64,000 nucleotides of DNA from Pseudomonadota bacterium (GTDB lineage: Bacteria; Bdellovibrionota; Bdellovibrionia; Bdellovibrionales; SG-bin7): assembly GCA_034439715.1 (NCBI GenBank), contig JAWXAY010000100.1, forward strand, positions 1 to 64,000, given 5' to 3'. Positions within the stretch are counted from its first letter, which is position 1; every line of letters starts with the position of its first letter. Below the pieces are notes generated by a model. The model saw only the letters and a list, made by a program, of their open reading frames with translations. It was not told the origin of the DNA and searched no databases. Shown here piece after piece: positions 58,351-64,000 of the stretch. A program made the position numbers and the translations under genes.

Positions 58351-58620
58351 TTATCCTCCTGCAATCGCTGTTAAAATTTCTAAACAGTCCGTTTCTTGCA
58401 ATTGGCGCTTCATATCTTCAGGTAGAAGTTGCTCACCATTTAAAAATAACTGGTGGGCACCTCTCACGCTGCCATGGGTATCATAGAGAATAGATTTTAA
58501 CGTCGGATAAGTTGTCGTCAAAGAATCGAGAGCCGCCGTGATGGTACGAGCTTCACCAATGATATGCTCCTTTTTATAACCTACAAATCGCAACAGAGTT
58601 CCTGAAAGTTTAACTATCAT
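58351..58620 (-). CDS. MoaD/ThiS/CysO-family ubiquitin-like sulfur carrier protein
   Basis: 89-aa beta-grasp pattern (TI..AL..L...YP.L, LFLNGE, D.LEIL) ending in IAGG. Confidence 0.93.
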   Translation of the reverse strand: MIVKLSGTLLRFVGYKKEHIIGEARTITAALDSLTTTYPTLKSILYDTHGSVRGAHQLFLNGEQLLPEDMKRQLQETDCLEILTAIAGG

Positions 58621-59804
58621 GGTGCCTTCTTCCTGTGTTGTCTTTGTTCAAAATTATGTGTGGCCCACACGCCAAGATCGACTTCAATGGTATCTTGGGC
58701 TCCAACGGTAGGGATTAGACCCGTAAAATCTCGTTGAAATCTTCCATACTGTTGGTCCTGAATATAACCTTTGCCCCCTGCCAATCGAAATACCTGTAGC
58801 ATGAATTGGTTAGCTTGATCGACGATATGATATTTCGTAGCAGTCAAGAATGGATCCCAAAGGGGTTCAATATTTTTGTCTCTTAATTTTTCTAATGCAC
58901 GATAAAGCATGGCCCGGCTTGTCTCGATAGAAACATACATCTTTCCTAAGAGAGATTGGACATTTTGCATGACTGTTAGGGGCCGCTCATATCGGGTGGT
59001 GCCTATCAGATTATTCATCAGGTCGTCGTAGATCGACTGCATTTTTCCAACCAGGCCACAAATGACAGAGATTCTTCTTAGGTTTAAAAAACGCTGAACG
59101 TGGCTGAGTCCATCAGCTGGTGTTAATATTCGGTTGGCATCCAGTACTATGTTATTGAACTTGAGCCCCGCCAGACCTACAGAGCGAAGGCCACTCATTG
59201 TGGTGAGTGGAATAATTTCAAGCCCGTCATCATCGCGTTCAATAAGAAAGGTAAGAAGATCATTTTTTTCGTCTCGTACGTAAACCATAAAGAGATCGGC
59301 CTGCATTCCGCCCATGACATAAAATTTTTCGCCATTTATAATATATTTATCGCCTTTTTTTTCGCACGAGGAGCGAAAAGAGAAAGGATCAGCCCCCTCT
59401 GTATAAGCAAATGAAGCTAAGCACTTGCCATGAACTGCAGGACGCAAGTAGCGCTCAATCATCCAAGGCGTCGCTGTTTCTTGAATTGTATTGGCAACAG
59501 CTGGAAAAAGTGAACTGAGCATAACAAAGGAAAAATCGGTGCTGTGTTTTCCTAAATCTTCTAAGAGTAGCCCATAACTCAATGGATCCAGGCCACCTCC
59601 ACCAATATTTTTAGAAAGTGAAGCAGAAAATAGACCTAACTCTGCGGACTCGATAAATATATCTTTGGGGATGGGAGTTGCCAACTGATCTCGGGTAATA
59701 ACATGGCGATTAACTTGTTCATCAAGAAAAGATCTCATCTTGGGATTTAGAGCACTTTTCATATGAAAATTTATCGGGAAAGAATCAGGGGAACGGTAGG
59801 CCAA
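58617..59804 (-). CDS. Acyl-CoA dehydrogenase-family flavoprotein (atypical active site)
   Basis: AYTE.AD, INGEK, GLRS, Q.VQ..L..M, GGKGY, R..RD; true start may be ATG 59762. Confidence 0.88.
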   Translation of the reverse strand: MAYRSPDSFPINFHMKSALNPKMRSFLDEQVNRHVITRDQLATPIPKDIFIESAELGLFSASLSKNIGGGGLDPLSYGLLLEDLGKHSTDFSFVMLSSLFPAVANTIQETATPWMIERYLRPAVHGKCLASFAYTEGADPFSFRSSCEKKGDKYIINGEKFYVMGGMQADLFMVYVRDEKNDLLTFLIERDDDGLEIIPLTTMSGLRSVGLAGLKFNNIVLDANRILTPADGLSHVQRFLNLRRISVICGLVGKMQSIYDDLMNNLIGTTRYERPLTVMQNVQSLLGKMYVSIETSRAMLYRALEKLRDKNIEPLWDPFLTATKYHIVDQANQFMLQVFRLAGGKGYIQDQQYGRFQRDFTGLIPTVGAQDTIEVDLGVWATHNFEQRQHRKKAP

Positions 59805-59809
59805 ATCTG

Positions 59810-61030
59810 ATGCCCAACATCAATGGGAAAACTGTAAAGTTTTGGTTACTTATGACGATAGAACGGAGTATGCCCAGACCTTTATCCAGCACAGCGTTAA
59901 AACTCTCAAAAGAAGAAGTGCGTCGTTACAGTCGACATCTCTTAATGCCCCAGGTGAAAATGGAAGGTCAGCTCAAACTAAAAGCGGCACGTGTATTGAT
60001 TATCGGCACGGGCGGTTTGGGTGCGCCGTTAGGGTTATATTTAGCTGCGGCTGGAATAGGAATGCTAGGCTTGGTTGATTTCGATGTGGTCGATGCTAGT
60101 AACCTCCAGCGACAAGTTATATTTACCAATGATGATATCGGTCGCCCCAAGGTAGAGGCGGCACGTGACCACCTTTCAAAACTAAATCATTACATAGAAA
60201 TCATGTCGTATAATGAACTCTTCACAAGTCAAAATGCCCTCCGTATTATGCAGGAATACGATGTGATCGTAGATGCGACTGATAATTTTCCGACAAGATA
60301 CTTAATTAACGATGCCTGTGTGTTTACGCAGAAGCCCTATGTTTATGGGAGTATTTTTCAACATGAAGGACAGGTCACGGTTTTTGCGAAAAGTGATGGT
60401 CCCTGTTACCGCTGTTTGTTTCCGGAACCACCGCCGCCGGGAATGGTACCCAGTTGTGCCGAGGGGGGAGTGCTGGGAGTTTTGCCAGGAATCATTGGTT
60501 CCCTTCAAGCCAATGAAGCTCTCAATTTAATTTTAAATATTGGTGAGGGCCTAGCGGGCAGGCTTGTGAGGTTTGATGCTATCAATGTTCGTTTCAAAGA
60601 ACTAAAAATTAAAAAAAACCCAAACTGTCCTGTCTGCGGAGCGAATCCTTCGATTACCAAGCTTATCGACTATGAAGAGTTTTGTGGATTGTCCGATAAA
60701 AATGCCACTCACGAAGGCCAAGAAATTGAACCTATCCTACTAAAGCAATGGTTAGACCGAAACGAACAGGTGTCCCTAGTCGATGTAAGGGAACCCGGCG
60801 AGTACGAAATTTGTAATTTGGGCGGACAACTAATACCTTTATATGAAATACCATTGCGGATGCACGAATTTGATTCGAGCCTGCGAATTGTTATTTTATG
60901 TAGTGGTGGCCAGCGGTCAGCCCGTGCCGTAGAGTTATTACGAAAATCTGGTTTTAAAAATGTTTGGAATTTAAAAGGTGGTTTGTTTGCGTGGAGTGAC
61001 CAGATTGACCCGACTTTTGTGAAATATTGA
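59810..61030 (+). CDS. moeB: MoeZ-type E1-like adenylyltransferase fused to rhodanese
   Basis: RYSRH, GTGGLG, SNLQRQ, DNF.TRY, CYRC and CPVC Zn motifs, PSCAEGG Cys, rhodanese DVRE..E and C.GG.RS. Confidence 0.92.
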   Translation: MPNINGKTVKFWLLMTIERSMPRPLSSTALKLSKEEVRRYSRHLLMPQVKMEGQLKLKAARVLIIGTGGLGAPLGLYLAAAGIGMLGLVDFDVVDASNLQRQVIFTNDDIGRPKVEAARDHLSKLNHYIEIMSYNELFTSQNALRIMQEYDVIVDATDNFPTRYLINDACVFTQKPYVYGSIFQHEGQVTVFAKSDGPCYRCLFPEPPPPGMVPSCAEGGVLGVLPGIIGSLQANEALNLILNIGEGLAGRLVRFDAINVRFKELKIKKNPNCPVCGANPSITKLIDYEEFCGLSDKNATHEGQEIEPILLKQWLDRNEQVSLVDVREPGEYEICNLGGQLIPLYEIPLRMHEFDSSLRIVILCSGGQRSARAVELLRKSGFKNVWNLKGGLFAWSDQIDPTFVKY

Positions 61031-61035
61031 TTTTA

Positions 61036-61716
61036 TTAGGGCTTACCCGAAAGCACTCTTGTGCCTAAAGGCTTTGACGAACCACCCTTTGGTTCACGAG
61101 TAATTAAGATCGAAGAAAGTTTTTTAGGATCTGATATTGGTAATTCCTCCAATTTGAAAACTTTTAATTCTGGAGAGTCGACAGAAAAACTCATTAGATT
61201 TAGATTTACGGAGCCCTGTTGAACCATCCATAGCTGATATTCCGAGGTGTCGGCGTTGGATTTAAGGCCCGATACCAACAGGCTCGCTGTCTTAAGGCCG
61301 GGTACCCAAAAAAATTTGCCATTAGCTTTAGATTCAGGGTCAGAAGTTATCAACGGTATAATTTTGAGTTTTGAAGAATCCAGAATTGCGGTGAGTTCGC
61401 TAAACTTTTTACTTAAAGTCTCGAGATTTTCAATTTTGACTTGATCTTGAGCGGATTTCTCACTCGCCGCTGCTATCTGTTGTTCCATCCCCTTGGATTT
61501 TTGCCCAATTTGATCCAACTCGGACTGCAGTTGGTCAACTTCACTTTTTCTATTTAAAAGTTCTGAGCTTAAGTTGCCCAGCTGATTCCTTAACTCTCGA
61601 GCGCCCGTCACATAGTGTAAAGCAACAAACAGACACACTATAGCCAAAAAGTATCCTATAAAAATGGGACTCATAAGGCCTTTTAGTTTTTCAAACTTCT
61701 TTACTATTTCGTTCAT
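61036..61716 (-). CDS. Membrane-anchored coiled-coil protein with RskA-like anti-sigma C-terminal domain
   Basis: TM plus coiled coil plus YQLW and IT.EPKGGS..P.G motifs. Confidence 0.8.
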   Translation of the reverse strand: MNEIVKKFEKLKGLMSPIFIGYFLAIVCLFVALHYVTGARELRNQLGNLSSELLNRKSEVDQLQSELDQIGQKSKGMEQQIAAASEKSAQDQVKIENLETLSKKFSELTAILDSSKLKIIPLITSDPESKANGKFFWVPGLKTASLLVSGLKSNADTSEYQLWMVQQGSVNLNLMSFSVDSPELKVFKLEELPISDPKKLSSILITREPKGGSSKPLGTRVLSGKP

Positions 61717-62117
61717 TGAATTGTGGGGACCACCGAGAATTTCATCTCATTTTTATCGCCATTAGACGAACCTACGGTAATTTCTGCTTCACCCCCATCA
61801 AGAGCAAAAATCTGAGGGGTAGAAATAATTTTTTTCTTACCATCTATCGTCTGACTTATGACGAAATTCATATTGATGCCTGCGATTGCGTCGACCTTTG
61901 TTTGTTTGGCATGAACTTCAATAAAGGTCTCATTGAACTCATTTATTTCTGTCGCGCGCTGCGAGATCATAGCTTTTTCTCCATCTAAAACCACGACGAC
62001 GGGAGCAGACACATCTCGACCATCGATCGTAAGTTTCATGTCAAGTTTTATCGATTTTGTCGCAGAAAACGCAAAGGAAGACGCAAAAAGAACGGCTAAA
62101 GTTAAAATATGTTTCAT
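61713..62117 (-). CDS. Secreted hypothetical protein
   Basis: GGAGG RBS; signal peptide; two internal S.P....LDG..A.I repeats; ATGA-coupled to the next gene. Confidence 0.7.
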   Translation of the reverse strand: MKHILTLAVLFASSFAFSATKSIKLDMKLTIDGRDVSAPVVVVLDGEKAMISQRATEINEFNETFIEVHAKQTKVDAIAGINMNFVISQTIDGKKKIISTPQIFALDGGEAEITVGSSNGDKNEMKFSVVPTIQ

Positions 62118-62188
62118 AGGGCCTCCGACTTATGATTGTCCGAATTGCACTAAGCTATTGTCAACAACGATCTTTATTAGTACAGTGA

Positions 62189-63007
62189 ATGTTCTATCTT
62201 TTAGGGGAGCTATCACTAGTGCCAGCCGTTTTCATAGGTCACGGATCGCCCGCCATCGCTCTTGAGAAAGACGAATTTAACAGCAGTCTCCTAAAATTTT
62301 TTTCAAATTTAAAGCCCATGCCCAAAGCAATAATTGCACTTTCAGCCCACTGGCTGACCCAGGGAAATGAAATTCTAGTAACTGGTAAGTCTCAACTGAA
62401 CAGCATATACGACTTCTTTGGTTTTCCGGCCCCGCTTTATGATTTAAAGTACGAACCACAGGGAGATTTTCAGCTGGCCGAAAAAATTCAGGCAGAATTA
62501 GAAAAAAACGGGTTCGAGTGTAGTATAGATTTTAATCGCGGAATTGATCATGGCGTTTGGATACCACTATTAATTGGTAGACCACAGTGTGATTTTTCAG
62601 TTGTTGAGGTTTCTATACCAAATACCGACGATGCGAAAATACACTTTAAATTGGGTCAGTCGTTGGGAGCGCTATTAACAGACGAGGTTCTGTTACTTGG
62701 CAGTGGCAACTTAATTCATAATTTAGGAGAGGTATATTGGGATGAACCTCGTGGCGAGCCAATTCCGTGGGCTCAAGATTTTGAAAATTGGTTTTTTGAC
62801 ACCCTTAAAACTGGTGATTGGGAAAAATTATTTAATTGGCGACAAGAGGTCAGCGACCCGTCAAGAATTCATCCCAGTCCTGAACATTTTTACCCTGTAT
62901 TTTCGGTGTTGGGTGCTTGTCAAAAACGAGAATCCTTAAAATTCATTTATCAGGGCTTTCATAATCGCTCGGTCTCCATGACCAGCTTTAGTTTTGATTT
63001 AGTTTAA
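62189..63007 (+). CDS. 4,5-DOPA-type extradiol dioxygenase (LigB/YgiD family)
   Basis: FIGHGSP, SAHW, YDF.GFP..LY, DHGVW.PL, GSGN..HNL, HP.PEHF.P. Confidence 0.92.
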   Translation: MFYLLGELSLVPAVFIGHGSPAIALEKDEFNSSLLKFFSNLKPMPKAIIALSAHWLTQGNEILVTGKSQLNSIYDFFGFPAPLYDLKYEPQGDFQLAEKIQAELEKNGFECSIDFNRGIDHGVWIPLLIGRPQCDFSVVEVSIPNTDDAKIHFKLGQSLGALLTDEVLLLGSGNLIHNLGEVYWDEPRGEPIPWAQDFENWFFDTLKTGDWEKLFNWRQEVSDPSRIHPSPEHFYPVFSVLGACQKRESLKFIYQGFHNRSVSMTSFSFDLV

Positions 63008-63490
63008 TTCGTCGTAGCCAAAAATGCTAATTTTGGGTTCTTGCAGGGTTTCGTCGGTATAATTTATTTGCCACATTAGGCGACCCATGGTGTTCCGATA
63101 GATAAACCATTGTTGGCTAAAGGAAATAATTTTATTGCCATCGATTAATTTGCCATAGGTCTTAACATAAAGTTGGCGATCCTTACATTGGGCGACTTCA
63201 TAAACATCTTTGTAAAGGGCACCCAAATCTTTTGGTTGGGGATGCCCACTAGCTATTAGCTTCCAGTTCCAAACAGGTCCGTTTACCGAGGGCATCACGA
63301 GATTATAGACTTTATCGTCGCCTAACATATGCGTAGATATTTGCAGTTCGGCAGCTGTGGTCGATGGATACGTCTGCTTAAACTTTCCTTCAACATTGGG
63401 GCAAGTGTGGTCCGAAGTAAAGGCCGAAGAAAAAAACAGTGGAACAAAACCAAAAGTAACTACGACCATTGCGTTTTTTAATAGATTCAT
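62999..63490 (-). CDS. Secreted hypothetical protein
   Basis: AGGAGA RBS before ATG 63490; signal peptide; CP...G.F motif. Confidence 0.7.
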   Translation of the reverse strand: MNLLKNAMVVVTFGFVPLFFSSAFTSDHTCPNVEGKFKQTYPSTTAAELQISTHMLGDDKVYNLVMPSVNGPVWNWKLIASGHPQPKDLGALYKDVYEVAQCKDRQLYVKTYGKLIDGNKIISFSQQWFIYRNTMGRLMWQINYTDETLQEPKISIFGYDELN

Positions 63491-63700
63491 ATTGATCTCC
63501 TTCTGTGAATTAGACAACCATTTTATAGTTGAGATTTAGTAGACTTTCACTCTAGAACTGGCTATTAGTGCGCGTCGTTATGATGGGGCAAGATACCCCG
63601 AAATGCCTTCAAGTCCTGGATTTTACTTGCCACAAATCCAGCTCACTTGGCATGATGAGCGGTGGCATCTACTTAATTTGGCCCTTGGGAGGAATTACTA

Positions 63701-64000
63701 GTGAGAGCAAGAATCACTGCTAAATATAAAGATAAAAAATTTTTTGGTCATCCGGCAGGACTTTGTATTTTATTTTGTGCCGAGATGTGGGAGCGAATGT
63801 CTTTCTATGGAATGAGAGCCTTGCTTGTTCTTTATATGGTAAAATATTTGTTTGTTGATCCCACCCGAATGGCAAATGTACTAGGATTCGATACATTAAG
63901 GTATATTCTTGAAACTGGATTTGGCCCACTTGAAAATCAGCCTTTTGCGTCGCACATTTACGGTCTCTATACTGGATTTGTTTATCTATCGCCTTTTTTT
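63701..64000 (+). CDS. POT/PTR peptide:H+ symporter, 5' part (runs off the window)
   Basis: GGGAGG RBS plus GTG 63701; [30 protein letters not shown] and IYGLYTG.VY..P motifs. Confidence 0.9.
   Translation, partial: MRARITAKYKDKKFFGHPAGLCILFCAEMWERMSFYGMRALLVLYMVKYLFVDPTRMANVLGFDTLRYILETGFGPLENQPFASHIYGLYTGFVYLSPFF

Noticed and set aside
58351..61030. Ubiquitin-like anti-phage conjugation system (Bil/CBASS-type)
   Set aside because: The E1 is a rhodanese-fused MoeZ with an adjacent desulfurase, and there is no E2 or JAB gene, so sulfur transfer is the better reading
56369..61030. Ordinary Moco, thiamine or ISC operon
   Set aside because: No moaA/C/E, moeA, thiG/E or iscR/U/A in the window; the partner genes are an ACAD and a hotdog protein. 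A housekeeping role in trans cannot be fully excluded
63541..63700. Known riboswitch classes (lysine, SAM-I, c-di-GMP-I, glycine)
   Set aside because: Their conserved core sequences could not be found by eye; kept only as an unclassified candidate structure
63720..63929. 69-aa minus-strand ORF
   Set aside because: Antisense to the clear POT transporter reading frame

Overview
Gene-dense bacterial chromosomal window with about 65 CDS. I found no rRNA, tRNA, CRISPR array, prophage or IS element. It most likely comes from a Bdellovibrionota (predatory-type) genome. This is inferred from a TIGR02147/DUF4423-type HTH gene, an AglR/Q/S-like TolQ-ExbD-ExbD triplet, FN3-repeat periplasmic proteins and many orphan secreted proteins. 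Recognisable genes include rlmE, def, lysA, hppA, livKHMGF, msrA/msrB, ampG, arsC, a deoxyhypusine-synthase-like gene, pirin and an ETHE1-type persulfide dioxygenase. The most interesting locus is a compact five-gene sulfur-relay cluster at 56.4-61.0 kb: cysteine desulfurase, double-hotdog protein, ubiquitin-like sulfur carrier (...IAGG), an acyl-CoA dehydrogenase homologue lacking both canonical catalytic glutamates, and MoeZ (E1 plus rhodanese). No Moco, thiamine, cysteine or tRNA-thiolation partner genes are nearby, so it is a candidate new sulfur-insertion pathway. Other highlights: a Ser/Thr kinase-FN3 operon with a catalytically dead LD-carboxypeptidase, set opposite an outer-membrane barrel and a phage-fibre-like lipoprotein; a stanniocalcin-like Cys-rich secreted protein; recurrent sigma54, sigma28 and GGACYAARG motifs; a 9-bp tandem array upstream of lysA; and a candidate structured RNA leader before a POT transporter. 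All family calls come from reading motifs by eye, not from database searches.
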